Origin: a bacterium BMS3Abin11
GTDB taxonomy: Bacteria; Pseudomonadota; Gammaproteobacteria; BMS3Bbin11
Assembly (NCBI GenBank): GCA_002897635.1
Contig: BDTD01000011.1
Location: 76,436-140,435 of the forward strand
Direction: 5' to 3'
DNA: 64,000 nucleotides
Shown piece after piece: positions 10,690-21,391 of this stretch. The notes under the pieces are model-generated. The model was not told the origin of the DNA. It searched no databases and saw nothing but the letters and a program-made list of their open reading frames with translations. The stretch's first letter is position 1; each line of letters starts with the position of its first letter. The translations under genes were made by a program, and so were the position numbers.

Positions 10690-11580
10690 TCAGTCCACCT
10701 GGGCCAGGTCATTCAGCGTCCAGTCATGTTTAAAATAGTCTATTGTTACGGTGTTTTCATTCAACCAGCCCCGTGTATCTGGGTCCAGATAGGGCAGTAC
10801 GAAACCGAGCACACCCCTTTTCTTATCCTGGAAAAGGCGGCTATCTTTATTTATAATCCATGACAGCGTCAGCGTTCGCCCAGCACGATTCAGCCGCAGC
10901 CCCTTGTCGGGGTTCTTGAAAAGGCTTCGGATATTTGCATCCAGTTGACTGTCCAGATACTCCGCCATAAAAGGCTTTGCAGTACGATCTGGACAACTGA
11001 CAGCAGCACAGCTTACGGCGAAAACAATGCGCGGATCATTAAACTGCCTGAGCAGAATATCCTTCTCTATCTGTGTCAGCGAATAGCGGTTGTTCCCAAT
11101 TCTGATTGCCTTCTTCGACCAGGGATATTTGATCAGGCTGATACTCAGACTGCGGATAGAATCCACGGGATAATGATCGATTACCAGGCGCATCGCAGCA
11201 AAGTTGTAGGCATTAATCCAGAACGCCTTGGCTACGTTCGTACCCTGCAGTTGTGTGGGATCTACTTGCTCGATGGCTCTCAGTGTTCTATTGAAAAGTG
11301 AGTTCGCGTTTTGCGCGTCCTGTTTCATCTGCGTATAGTCGAACACAGTAGTACGGGTACCGTGTATTCTCACCGCTGGACGCCAATACCTGGCAAGGAG
11401 TTCACCATACAGGCTATTGAATTCCGCAGAATCAGCATAAGACGGACTTACCATCACTGCTAGCAATACAGCAATCCAAAGCACCGATATCTTTTGCAAG
11501 CCAATAGAGTTCATTTTACGGTCTAAAAAAGACGCTACTTTGATTCCCGTACGCGCAAGTCCTGCATGCCGGGTGTTCAA
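10690..11580 (-). CDS. DUF547 exported protein
   Basis: AFWINAYN and DPRIVFAVSCAAVSCP motifs; signal peptide; true start probably downstream. Confidence 0.8.
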   Translation of the reverse strand: MNTRHAGLARTGIKVASFLDRKMNSIGLQKISVLWIAVLLAVMVSPSYADSAEFNSLYGELLARYWRPAVRIHGTRTTVFDYTQMKQDAQNANSLFNRTLRAIEQVDPTQLQGTNVAKAFWINAYNFAAMRLVIDHYPVDSIRSLSISLIKYPWSKKAIRIGNNRYSLTQIEKDILLRQFNDPRIVFAVSCAAVSCPDRTAKPFMAEYLDSQLDANIRSLFKNPDKGLRLNRAGRTLTLSWIINKDSRLFQDKKRGVLGFVLPYLDPDTRGWLNENTVTIDYFKHDWTLNDLAQVD

Positions 11581-11695
11581 TGCATCTATACCTGTCTACC
11601 ATACAATATATCCCCTAAAGAATCTTTCATAACATACCTCCATTGTTCCTCTGAAGGGCTGCCCACAATGGATAACTTTAAGGAACCTCTGATTA

Positions 11696-11785
11696 AATAT
11701 AAAACCTATGTCTTAAGCACAGGTCAAGGGGTGACAGATCGATTAGCTGGCGGTACTAATTTTCTGGATTAAATCGTTCAGGTAT
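11696..11785 (-). promoter_or_regulatory. MerR-type promoter, copy 1
   Basis: TTGACC-20 bp dyad spacer-TATATT; ~85-bp repeat of 12783-12872. Confidence 0.6.
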
Positions 11786-11859
11786 GCATGACCCGGTTTC
11801 AAGAAAATCTTGTAGCTGAATTCTTTGGGAACTGGGTTTTAATCTTGCTCTGTCCCCGA

Positions 11860-12573
11860 TTATAAAACCGGGCGCTGCAGTAAATCCACACGAATCGGCA
11901 TTAAAAAGTGTGCACCATCTTCACCGATGTATTGTTCAAAGCGTTGTTTGACGAGTGCATATAATTTCTCATCGAGCTCGTGGCTGGAATGCGTGACATT
12001 GATTATGTTATTTTCAAATTCAGAAAAACCTTCAAATTTCATAGGTGAATTAAAAAATGTTTCTTCGACCAGGTTAAACAAGCCTTCGTCCACCGCTTTT
12101 TTTACCGTGTAAAATGCCTCTTCGCGAACCTTTTGTTCATCGTGGAATAAACGCAGGATCTCGTTAAAATCACCGGCAAAGACTGGCTCGGAAATATAAA
12201 CCAGACCACCTGGCTTTAACACTCGTCTAATTTCCCGCATCGATACATCCATAAGTGCTAGCGGGACATGATGCAGAGATTTAAACATAAATACCACATC
12301 GATCGAATCATCGTCGAGAGGAATTTCCTGTGCACCGGATAAAGCAAATGACACATTGGGTAAATCCGTTATCTGCAGATTTTTTTTATGGGCAATTTCA
12401 TCAACTTCTAATGCGGTAATTTTACGATCTGTACCGGATGTCGCAATGTCACGGGTGATTTCAGCCTTGCCACAACCTAACTCCAATATCTGTTTACCAT
12501 CCAGCGATAGCATGCGATTGTATATTTCGGATTCAGGACAGTTAATATCGATTTGTTCTGCTGCTATTTTCAT
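11860..12573 (-). CDS. Class I SAM-dependent methyltransferase
   Basis: ILELGCG and RVLKPGG motifs. Confidence 0.85.
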   Translation of the reverse strand: MKIAAEQIDINCPESEIYNRMLSLDGKQILELGCGKAEITRDIATSGTDRKITALEVDEIAHKKNLQITDLPNVSFALSGAQEIPLDDDSIDVVFMFKSLHHVPLALMDVSMREIRRVLKPGGLVYISEPVFAGDFNEILRLFHDEQKVREEAFYTVKKAVDEGLFNLVEETFFNSPMKFEGFSEFENNIINVTHSSHELDEKLYALVKQRFEQYIGEDGAHFLMPIRVDLLQRPVL

Positions 12574-12782
12574 TAAACAACCTCTTGTAGACAAATTCTG
12601 GTTAATACGTCATTGCGTATATAGACTCCATGGTATTCGCAAGAACGATTTTAGTCTATTTTAAGATAAACAGGCACACACGTATATTCGGCCTCTCGTT
12701 ATGGTTGAGAATCACTGACCCTAAATTTGAGCGTACCTTCATGCCCCAGCGAGAAAATTGATAACTAATCAGAGGCTCTTTA

Positions 12783-12872
12783 AATTTAAAACCTGTGTCT
12801 TAAACACAGGTCAAGGGGTAACAGACCGATTAGCTAGCGGTACTAATTTTCTGGATTAAATCAGTCAGGTAA
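12783..12872 (-). promoter_or_regulatory. MerR-type promoter, copy 2
   Basis: TTGACC TGTGTTTAAGACACAGGTTT TAAATT with dyad CCTGTG-N7-CACAGG. Confidence 0.6.
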
Positions 12873-12996
12873 ATACATCCTGGCTTAATCAACCTTCTTG
12901 TTCATTTTTATAATTATTTTAAACACAGGCAAGTCTTATAGCTGGATTTTATGGAGAACGGATTATTATCGTGTCTGTCCCTGATTACTTCCATAC

Positions 12997-13635
12997 CTAT
13001 CGAAACACACGCCGCAATAGCAGATGAGTAGGCAGGAATAATACCAACGGGTACAAAGCCATCAGGAACAACACATAAGCGGCAGCCGGCAGCCATTGCT
13101 GAGGTGAATCCATAAAACCGAATACCCAGTTAATGTTTGCGGCCGGTTTACTTACCAGGTAGCTCAACGGGAGTACTGTCCAGGATAACAGAGTTTGGCC
13201 GATCAGGGCCTTGCGATGGTAACCGAGGCGATGGATAGCCCACAGCAGGAATATCGGTAAGACAAAATGATACAGAGACAGGCCGCGCACAATCAACGGA
13301 ATGCCGGGATCAAACATGTAGTGGGTTCCACGAAAGCTGGTAAGCTCCGGACCGGTAATGAATCGAACGGTGAAATCAACGGCCCATCCCAGTTCGGGGA
13401 TTAGCACTGATAGTGCCATCATGCTGACCAGCAACGATGATTCCAGCCAAAGTGCGAGTAGCGTGGTCAACAGTGCCACATTCGAGCCCCACAAAAAATT
13501 GGCCGGGCCGTACTGCCACCAGTAGACCGGTACCAGAACAACGACAAATCCCGTATAAAAAAGCTTCACCCAGAGCGGGATGCTGCCAATCCGGTCCACA
13601 AATATAAACGGAGACTGATTTTTTCTAACACTCAT
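12997..13635 (-). CDS. Integral membrane protein of unknown function
   Basis: About six TM helices; YGPANFLWGS and NINWVFG motifs. Confidence 0.75.
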   Translation of the reverse strand: MSVRKNQSPFIFVDRIGSIPLWVKLFYTGFVVVLVPVYWWQYGPANFLWGSNVALLTTLLALWLESSLLVSMMALSVLIPELGWAVDFTVRFITGPELTSFRGTHYMFDPGIPLIVRGLSLYHFVLPIFLLWAIHRLGYHRKALIGQTLLSWTVLPLSYLVSKPAANINWVFGFMDSPQQWLPAAAYVLFLMALYPLVLFLPTHLLLRRVFR

Positions 13636-14368
13636 TAACTCTCTCGATCATTCTTTTCATCTTTTTATAATGACTACCTTTCCAGTAGATATTGTTGCAC
13701 ATATCGCATTGAAAGAACTCGTTATAATACTTTCTAGTATCAGGTGATAACCGAGTTGCTATTACCTCTTTATTCACGGGTCGTATTTTTCCATTGCAAT
13801 GCATGCAACGCGTGAACGGCTGCTGATTATTAAATAAATCAAAACGTAACAGAACCTCTAGAATTTGTTGTTGTGGTTGTCTTGAACGCACAAAGTATCC
13901 GTGTGTTATATGTTTACGCATAAGTAATTGTCTATCGCAAGTGAGCAGTATGCGACGCTCATCGACTGATATCCTGGCCAGATCCAGGTCATCGTAGTCA
14001 TTACGATAGAGTGTATCGAATCCCAGCATACGTAAGTATGCAGCAAGCCGCCCCAGATGGTTGTCTAAGACGAAATGTGTTTTACGCAGCGGTTCTGGCT
14101 GGCAATGATTCAATGGGGAAATATCCAGTGCCTCAAATACCGGGTAAACACTGATACGGTCACCGTCTTGAACCCGATAGTTAAAATCAACGGATTCACC
14201 ATTCACGATAATCAGATCAATTTCTGTGTGCGGCACCCCAATTGATTCGATGAGATCCTTGATGGATCTTGCCTGTTTTAACTCATGACTGAAATCAGTC
14301 TTGCGCTGATCCTGTGGCAGGAAGTCGTTGAGTTCTTCGTAAAAGCGTATGTTAATCTGTTCCGACAT
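13625..14368 (-). CDS. Mut7-C ubiquitin-like/RNase domain protein
   Basis: GVPHTE, DNHLGRLAAYLRMLGFD, CxxC...CxxC and YWKGSH motifs. Confidence 0.9.
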   Translation of the reverse strand: MSEQINIRFYEELNDFLPQDQRKTDFSHELKQARSIKDLIESIGVPHTEIDLIIVNGESVDFNYRVQDGDRISVYPVFEALDISPLNHCQPEPLRKTHFVLDNHLGRLAAYLRMLGFDTLYRNDYDDLDLARISVDERRILLTCDRQLLMRKHITHGYFVRSRQPQQQILEVLLRFDLFNNQQPFTRCMHCNGKIRPVNKEVIATRLSPDTRKYYNEFFQCDMCNNIYWKGSHYKKMKRMIERVNEC

Positions 14369-14569
14369 TAGTTTTGCTAACTAATTTAAAACAAGTTGGA
14401 CTGTGTGGATATTTATACTACACGAGGTGACACGATTTAGGTCAGGGACGCTCTAATTAATTCACAGGTAACTGTCATTTTTTATCGATATGATAAATAG
14501 GGAAACCAGAAAGCTTAAGCTGTTCAATCGCGTCTACCCTGCCCCCCGCAGGTTTTTGTCTGCCCCCGA

Positions 14570-15442
14570 TTACACATTTAGTAGCTGCTCACGGATTGCC
14601 AACAATTCTTCGCGGCGTTTCGCATCCGTAAGCGGGTAGTGCATTTTGAGAGATTCATACGTCTCAAGAATAATATTAGCTATCAGTAGCCGCGCATTCT
14701 CCTTATCATCAGCGGGCACGATATACCAGGGTGCCGTTGCTGTACTCGTTGCACTCAGACACTCTTCATAAGCATGCATGTACTTCTGCCAGCTTTTTCT
14801 CTCCTTAATATCGGCAGAACTGAATTTCCAGTTTTTTTCAGAGTCGTCTATGCGTGCAAGAAAACGCTTGCGCTGCTCTTCTTCTGACAAATGAAGAAAA
14901 AATTTGATAATACATGTGCCGTTGCGATGCAGATGGTCTTCTAGATCAACAATAGATCGATAACGCTCTTGCCAGATCGTATCAACATCAATCAGTTCGC
15001 CTGGCAACTTCTGGCTGTCTAGAATCTCCGGGTGAACGCGTACCACCAGCACTTCTTCATAATAGGACCGATTGAAGATGCCGATACGACCACGTTCCGG
15101 CAAACACTGCGTGGTGCGCCAGAGAAAATCGTGATCCAGTTCTTTTGCGCTTGGGTGCTTGAAGCTGAATACCTGGCAACCCTGTGGATTAACACCCGAC
15201 ATTACATGCTTGATCGCACCATCCTTCCCAGCTGCATCCATCGCCTGAAAAATCAGCAACAAGGAATAGCGGTCGTCTGCATAGTGAAGTTGTTGCTGTC
15301 CACTCAGCTCTTTAATCTGTGCCTTAAGAAGTTTCTTATAGCCTTTCTTCGATTGATAAAATGGCTCCACCCGGGTTGACCATTTATCCAGTTGAACTTT
15401 ACTGTCCGCTGGTACACGGTAATCCCTGATATCAATTTTCAT
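14570..15442 (-). CDS. ppk2: Polyphosphate kinase 2 family (class III-like)
   Basis: [10 protein letters not shown] and [10 protein letters not shown] motifs. Confidence 0.9.
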   Translation of the reverse strand: MKIDIRDYRVPADSKVQLDKWSTRVEPFYQSKKGYKKLLKAQIKELSGQQQLHYADDRYSLLLIFQAMDAAGKDGAIKHVMSGVNPQGCQVFSFKHPSAKELDHDFLWRTTQCLPERGRIGIFNRSYYEEVLVVRVHPEILDSQKLPGELIDVDTIWQERYRSIVDLEDHLHRNGTCIIKFFLHLSEEEQRKRFLARIDDSEKNWKFSSADIKERKSWQKYMHAYEECLSATSTATAPWYIVPADDKENARLLIANIILETYESLKMHYPLTDAKRREELLAIREQLLNV

Positions 15443-15654
15443 ATTGCCCTACCCTGCATAACAAATAATAATTCAACACATAATATAAACCTGTCTGACC
15501 CGCTGTTTTTCTACCTTGATTTTTATGATGACCCGTTTATTTGGTATGTTCCCGGGCATTCTTTACCTGACTAATTATATTGCCTCATAACAGGTTCCAA
15601 AGAAAATCTTAAAGAGGCCGGTGATCGATAAAAATATAATTGATCAGAGGTTCC

Positions 15655-16191
15655 TTAGTTGTCACCGACCTCTTTTAATTGCTCATAGAGATCCGCATTG
15701 ATAGCCTTGAGTCCAGCCCGAGCGCAGGCTTCATCCAATTTACCGCCGGGTGCCCCACCTACGCCAATTCCTCCCACAACCTCACCAGAAAGTTTTACAG
15801 GTAACCCACCCCCCAGAATCAAAATGGAGTCATTCATATCCCTAAGCCCCTGTACCTCCGGAACGCTGCTGATGAGCTCAGCAAAAAATTGCGTAGGTGC
15901 CCTCATACTTGCAGCGGTGTAGGCCTTGCGCCGACTGCTGTCAACGGTATGTACCCCGGCCCCGTCATCCCGGATCTGGTACAACAGGACGCCTGATCTA
16001 TCAACGACAGCAACGCTTACCTTGTAACCATCAAGCCGGCATTGCGCCATAGCGGCGTCAGCAGACTGGCTGGCCAACTTCAGAGGTAAAACAGTTTGTT
16101 TGGGCAAGCCCCCTGCATATACGATATTAGACATTACAGCGAATACAATCAACATTCTGAAGAGATCTCTATGATGTTTTCTATAGTGCAT
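15655..16191 (-). CDS. GlcG/HbpS haem-binding protein
   Basis: Signal peptide; VAVVDRSG, KAYTA and GGIGVGGAPGG motifs. Confidence 0.85.
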   Translation of the reverse strand: MHYRKHHRDLFRMLIVFAVMSNIVYAGGLPKQTVLPLKLASQSADAAMAQCRLDGYKVSVAVVDRSGVLLYQIRDDGAGVHTVDSSRRKAYTAASMRAPTQFFAELISSVPEVQGLRDMNDSILILGGGLPVKLSGEVVGGIGVGGAPGGKLDEACARAGLKAINADLYEQLKEVGDN

Positions 16192-16333
16192 TTTATGACC
16201 CTCTATACTTTAATTTAACAAATTAATTGTGTTTATTGGTCTATTGCTGGATTTAATTGTCTTTCCGATGCTAACCCCCTCATAGTTGTACGGTTGTAAC
16301 TACTATAATCAAACCACCCTTGAGGATAATTTT

Positions 16334-16582
16334 ATGAGTGATGAAGCTGTAAGTGAACAGAATGTCGACAACGATGGCCGATTGATGGGTATTCTTTCCA
16401 TCGCCGCAGCTCCAGGCGCACTACTGGTTAGCCCAACTTACTTTCCATTGCTGGCGTTCTTTCTTGGGCTGATGGGTCTGACTCTGGCAAGCCCCAGGAA
16501 TCGTTACCTCAGCATCATTGGTATTGTTGCTTCTGGAGCAGCTGGTATAGTTGGTTACTACTTTAATACTCCTATCATTTAA
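16334..16582 (+). CDS. Small membrane protein
   Basis: RBS GAGGA; three hydrophobic segments. Confidence 0.65.
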   Translation: MSDEAVSEQNVDNDGRLMGILSIAAAPGALLVSPTYFPLLAFFLGLMGLTLASPRNRYLSIIGIVASGAAGIVGYYFNTPII

Positions 16583-16909
16583 ATGTGGAGAAAACTGGAG
16601 CCAGATCTCAATCGTTTCTAATATTTGAGAGAATTGAGATCTGCCCCGGACTTTTCAAATAGAAAAACATTGATCAAATAGCAGCTTTTGTCTTACTGGG
16701 TTATTTTACATTGTACTGATCATGCAAATTTGCAGGTTCAATATACACACCATCCCGGGCTAATGTTACTGCCATTTCAGGTATCTTTTTACTGGTAAAT
16801 CGTGTTGCCATAAATCAAAGGGTCAGACTCGATTGATTCAGAATCGTGTCTGTTATTATCAGATATACTGATCAATGGCGCGTACTCCATTGTTTTTTTA
16901 AATGCAAAT

Positions 16910-17089
16910 TTATTGCGATGTCTTTTTCTTTATTACCTTCTTGTATACCAAAACTGGTAAACCATAGAATACCAGAGCAAAAATAAAAGAAGACAGAACA
17001 CCATATTCCATTAACAACCAACCAAATATGATTATTCCACTCAATAACCAGGTCAACATTATTACTGCTTTTGGGAGATCTTCAGTCAT
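16910..17089 (-). CDS. Small two-TM protein (59 aa), below the ORF-track cutoff
   Basis: MTEDLPKAVIMLTWLL...KKVIKKKTSQ; RBS AAGGA. Confidence 0.55.
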   Translation of the reverse strand: MTEDLPKAVIMLTWLLSGIIIFGWLLMEYGVLSSFIFALVFYGLPVLVYKKVIKKKTSQ

Positions 17090-17192
17090 TATCCTTACCT
17101 TTTACTTACAAAAATAATTTCATAGCCATCAGAGTTTTGTCCGACGCATAAAGTGTAAACCAGACATGTCAAATATTGCCCCTTTTTGCTTG

Positions 17193-17288
17193 TTATTTAA
17201 TCAGTGCCTGTTCCAGCTTTGGTAACTCTTGTTCAACAACGCTCCATATTACATCTAAATCACCACCAAGAAAATCGTGAACAAGCTT
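17193..17288 (-). pseudogene. C-terminal remnant of a DUF86/HepT-like toxin
   Basis: KLVHDFLGGDLDVIWSVVEQELPKLEQALIK*. Confidence 0.6.
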
Positions 17289-17560
17289 GAATCAGAGACA
17301 GACCACGATTCAATCTAATCTTATTTATAATTCGGTCATTCTCCCAAGTCCTGGCTTTTGGTGCAATGGGTGAACTTCAGAGGAAAGGGGCGAACTATAG
17401 ATGAAAGGTTAAAGGGGATAGGAGAAAGGACTTACAAATTACAGATAATTTCTGGATAATCGTATTATTATTAATATTCCCAACATATGATCGATTTTTC
17501 TATTTACATGTACAGTAAAGCAAAGGATCACAGGAAAGTGAAAATAAACAGGGTGGATAA

Positions 17561-18079
17561 ATGGGCCTACTAAGCTACCTATACGTAAGAAAAACAGCCC
17601 GTCTTTCCCAATCAACCACATCAGGTATTGGTAAAGATTTGTATGACGACTGGGCTGCCATGACTGAAGAACAAGGCGGTTATTACTCTGCCCTGACCAT
17701 GTCGAAAAATCTGCATGGTGTCGGCCTTACTTTTCGCTGCAAGGCCAGGGATCAGCAGAAAATAATCTGTCTTTCAATTTCGGAAAAAACGGATAAATAC
17801 TTTTTCGAGCCTGGTAAAAGATACAAATTACGGCTTCAATTTAAAAACTCGATAGTCCTCTATGCATATATGCATGCATATCAGCAAAGACACGCGACCC
17901 TTATTGATATCTCGGATGACTTCATTCATAACATTATTGATAGCGAGAACCTGAAGCTTCAATATCTCGGTGATAACGAAAAAAAAATTACGATGAAATT
18001 CTCACTCAAAGGTTCAGCCCTCGCAATTAACGCAACTATTGCCCGGGCTAATGAACATAAAGAAGAGATAAATCCTTAA
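17561..18079 (+). CDS. Hypothetical protein
   Basis: 172-aa ORF ending MKFSLKGSALAI; stop lies in the MITE target duplication. Confidence 0.6.
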   Translation: MGLLSYLYVRKTARLSQSTTSGIGKDLYDDWAAMTEEQGGYYSALTMSKNLHGVGLTFRCKARDQQKIICLSISEKTDKYFFEPGKRYKLRLQFKNSIVLYAYMHAYQQRHATLIDISDDFIHNIIDSENLKLQYLGDNEKKITMKFSLKGSALAINATIARANEHKEEINP

Positions 18080-18237
18080 GGAACCTCTGATCAATTCGTG
18101 AACTCGTATCTCACGCCTAAAATATCCAGTTTTTTCGTTGCAAACCTTCGCAATAGCTAGCTATTACGTGCGATTTACGCCTTAAACCTGGATATTTTAG
18201 TCGCAATCTACTTCGTCCAGAATTGATCAGAGGTTCC
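18080..18237. mobile_element. IS5-type MITE, copy 2 (inverted relative to copy 1)
   Basis: TIRs GGAACCTCTGATCAATT; TTAA duplication at 18076-18079 and 18238-18241. Confidence 0.88.
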
Positions 18238-18368
18238 TTAATTTTTCGTCGTGGCGATGTGCATGGATGTAGAAAAAACCAATGGTAACCCCATTGTTTT
18301 GTGAGCCCAATTTATCCTATACAATGCCCGCTCACTATTCACATTGCAATCAAACTGTTTGAGGCATT

Positions 18369-20147
18369 ATGACAATTGACCAGATACTGCTGTTTGGATT
18401 GCTGTTTTTCGTTTTTGTATTCCTGGTCTGGGGGCGTTGGCGCTACGATCTCGTTGCCTTTGTCGCTCTGATTGCTGCACTGATTCTCGGGATCATACCT
18501 AAAGAAGAAGCCTTTTCCGGGTTTGGCCATCCCGCCACTATCATCGTTGCGCTGGTACTGATTATCAGCAAAGGCCTGTCGAACTCCGGTGCCATTGAAT
18601 TGATCGCCAAACAGGTCAGCCGTTTCGGCGTCACGCTGCAAACACATATCGCCGCGATGGCGGGCATTGCGGCTGCTCTGTCGGCGGTGATGAACAATGT
18701 CGCGGCACTGGCCATGTTGATGCCGGTAGACATCCAGGCGGCGATTAAGGCGAAGCGCAGTCCATCGCTGACACTGATGCCCTTATCCTTCGCCTCGATA
18801 CTCGGTGGCATGATCACCCTGATTGGCACGCCGCCGAACATCATCATTTCTGAGTTTCGGCAGAGTTCGACAGGTGCGAGTTTTAGCATGTTCGATTTCG
18901 CGCCGGTTGGACTGGTCTCTGCCACGGTCGGCGTATTATTTGTGACGCTGGTGGGTTGGCGACTGTTGCCCAAAGACCGTGTCAGTTACAATTCTGCGCA
19001 GGAACTGCTTGACGCCAGCGGTTACATTGCAGAACTGCATGTGCCTGAAGGATCACCTGCCATCAACAAGCGGGTGCGGGATCTGGATGACACTGCCAAT
19101 GAAAATGACGTTGCTATCATCGGTCTGGTACGGCGCGGCAAACGCCAGCCGGGTCAGGCAAGACTTGTAGAAATCCGTAAAGGCGATATTCTGGTGGTCG
19201 ACGCAACACCGGAAGATATGGACAAGTTCGTCGGCGCGCTTAAGCTTGATTATTCAAGCAAGGGTAAAGACAGTAGCCCACTAAGTGACGAAGATATGTC
19301 GCTGTGGGAGGTGGTGGTGCCAGAAGGCGCAAGGATAGAGGGCCGTACAGCACAATCTCTGCAACTGCAATACCGGCATGGTGTGACACTGCTCGGTGTA
19401 TCGCGTCAGGGTAAACAATTCCGTGAACGCGTACGCCATCTTGAAATCAGGGAAGGTGACGTGCTGCTGTTATACGGTGCCAGCGACATGCTGGCAGAGA
19501 TCAGCTATTGGCTAGGTACCCTGCCGCTGGCAGGTCGAAACACTGACCTGATTAAACGCCACAAGGCATGGCTGGCCGTTGGCCTGTTTGCCACCGCGAT
19601 CGCAACAGCCAGCTTTGGATTGCTCTACCTGCCGATTGCACTGGCAGCGGTGGTTGCCAGTTACGTTATGTTCAACATCATTCCAGCACGGCATGTTTAT
19701 GACTCAATCGAGTGGCCGGTCATCGTGCTGCTTGGTTCTATGATCCCGATTGGTGTTGCGCTGGAATCAAGCGGTGGTACGGCACTGATCGCCGATGCCA
19801 TTACCACACTGTCGGACGGTTACTCACCGGTGGTGGTGCTGACTCTGCTGATGGTCGTCACGATGACTCTTTCTGATGTCATGAACAACACAGCAACAGC
19901 CGTTATCGCCGCCCCGATTGCGGTCGACATTGCTAACCGCCTCGGTGTAAACGCCGATCCGTTTCTAATGACCGTCGCCGTGGCCGCCTCCTGTGCCTTC
20001 CTGACACCCATCGGACATAAGAACAATACCCTGATTATGGGCCCGGGAGGTTACCGCTTCGGTGACTACTGGCGCATGGGACTGCCGCTGGAAATACTGA
20101 TTATCGTGGTATCGATTCCGATGATTCTTTGGGTTTGGCCTCTTTAA
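18369..20147 (+). CDS. SLC13 family permease with TrkA-C domains
   Basis: TLIGTPPN and FLTPIGHKNNTLIMGPGGY motifs. Confidence 0.9.
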   Translation: MTIDQILLFGLLFFVFVFLVWGRWRYDLVAFVALIAALILGIIPKEEAFSGFGHPATIIVALVLIISKGLSNSGAIELIAKQVSRFGVTLQTHIAAMAGIAAALSAVMNNVAALAMLMPVDIQAAIKAKRSPSLTLMPLSFASILGGMITLIGTPPNIIISEFRQSSTGASFSMFDFAPVGLVSATVGVLFVTLVGWRLLPKDRVSYNSAQELLDASGYIAELHVPEGSPAINKRVRDLDDTANENDVAIIGLVRRGKRQPGQARLVEIRKGDILVVDATPEDMDKFVGALKLDYSSKGKDSSPLSDEDMSLWEVVVPEGARIEGRTAQSLQLQYRHGVTLLGVSRQGKQFRERVRHLEIREGDVLLLYGASDMLAEISYWLGTLPLAGRNTDLIKRHKAWLAVGLFATAIATASFGLLYLPIALAAVVASYVMFNIIPARHVYDSIEWPVIVLLGSMIPIGVALESSGGTALIADAITTLSDGYSPVVVLTLLMVVTMTLSDVMNNTATAVIAAPIAVDIANRLGVNADPFLMTVAVAASCAFLTPIGHKNNTLIMGPGGYRFGDYWRMGLPLEILIIVVSIPMILWVWPL

Positions 20148-20172
20148 AAACCAGGACTGAGTCCTGGTTTTT
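20147..20172. terminator. Probable bidirectional intrinsic terminator
   Basis: AAAAACCAGGACT-G-AGTCCTGGTTTTT between convergent genes. Confidence 0.6.
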
Positions 20173-20281
20173 AGACTAAAGATTCGGGATTAAAGATGAA
20201 AGAGGAAAGAAAGGTCAAAAAACGTGAACCATTTTTACTTTCATCCCTTATCCTTCGTCCTTCATCTTTTATCTGCCTTCC

Positions 20282-20779
20282 TCAAATCGCCATTTCCAGA
20301 TCATCGGTAATAGCCTTAAGGCCTGCCGCTGCGCAGGCTTCGTCGGTCTTACCAGATGGTGCTCCGCTGACACCGATTCCACCAAGGATTGTGCTGCCGG
20401 CGGTAATCGGCAGACCGCCGGCAGAGATTATCAGGCCATCGAGTTTTGCTGGTCCGAACGGTGAGGTGAAGCGGGTTTCCAGCTCTGACGTTGGGGCATT
20501 AAAGTTCATTGCCGCGTAGGCTTTCTGCTTGCTGACTGGTACAGTAATTGGCATTGCAAGGGTATCCCTTAGTGTTACCTGAGTATGGCCACCACGATCG
20601 ACGATGGTCACCGCCACGTTCAGGCTTTCTTTGCGGCAGGCGGCAATAGTTGCCTGCGCGGCCTTTATAGCCATATTCATGGCCAGACGCTGAATTGGGA
20701 GCATCAGGGGTTCTTCGGCCTGTGCCATGCCACTGGGCAACAGCGCTGCGATAATAAGTATGAGGGTTAATTTTTTCAT
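20282..20779 (-). CDS. GlcG/HbpS haem-binding protein
   Basis: Signal peptide; VTIVDRGG, KAYAA and GGIGVSGAP motifs. Confidence 0.85.
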   Translation of the reverse strand: MKKLTLILIIAALLPSGMAQAEEPLMLPIQRLAMNMAIKAAQATIAACRKESLNVAVTIVDRGGHTQVTLRDTLAMPITVPVSKQKAYAAMNFNAPTSELETRFTSPFGPAKLDGLIISAGGLPITAGSTILGGIGVSGAPSGKTDEACAAAGLKAITDDLEMAI

Positions 20780-20879
20780 TAGAGTAATCTCCAGCACGAG
20801 TTAGTGAGGCACAACATAGCATGTTATTGGCCCAATTACTGGTTTCCCCTTTCACCTTGAGTCTATTATTATCACCATC

Positions 20880-21302
20880 ATGGGCTTACACATATCCAGC
20901 CAGGTCAGCATTCCCGAAAATGAGATAGAACTCAGTGCCATCCGTGCCCAGGGTGCGGGTGGTCAGAACGTCAACAAGGTCTCATCAGCCATCCACCTGC
21001 GCTTCGATATCAATGCCTCGTCGCTGCCGCAGTTCTACAGGCAACGACTGCTGGCCTTAAGCGACCAGCGCATTAGTAAAGACGGCGTTATTATTATTAA
21101 GGCGCAGCAGTTTCGTACGCAGGAAAAAAACCGTGACGAAGCCCTGCGCCGTCTGGCTGAACTGATTCGCAGTGCTGCGGTCATAAAGAAAAAGCGCAGG
21201 GCCACACGACCAACGAAATCCTCACAGCAAAAACGTATGGACAGTAAAACAAAGCGCGGTAGAACAAAAGGCCTGCGCAGGAAGGTGGGCTATGAGGAAT
21301 AA
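20880..21302 (+). CDS. arfB: Alternative ribosome rescue factor B
   Basis: GAGGQNVNKV motif, basic tail. Confidence 0.95.
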   Translation: MGLHISSQVSIPENEIELSAIRAQGAGGQNVNKVSSAIHLRFDINASSLPQFYRQRLLALSDQRISKDGVIIIKAQQFRTQEKNRDEALRRLAELIRSAAVIKKKRRATRPTKSSQQKRMDSKTKRGRTKGLRRKVGYEE

Positions 21303-21391
21303 ACTATCCCTAACTATAAAGGGACAGGGTATAGTCTGTATCTGAGAGAAATCTTCACTGCATTTTTTAAAAATAAAATGAGGTACATTTT

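Noticed and set aside
11700..11785. Repeat as a riboswitch
   Set aside because: No recognisable riboswitch consensus; a MerR-type promoter explains it.
11682..12779. Composite transposon carrying the methyltransferase
   Set aside because: Each end is flanked by its own tetramers and sits at the same site of a duplicated promoter, which fits two independent scars better; not fully excluded.
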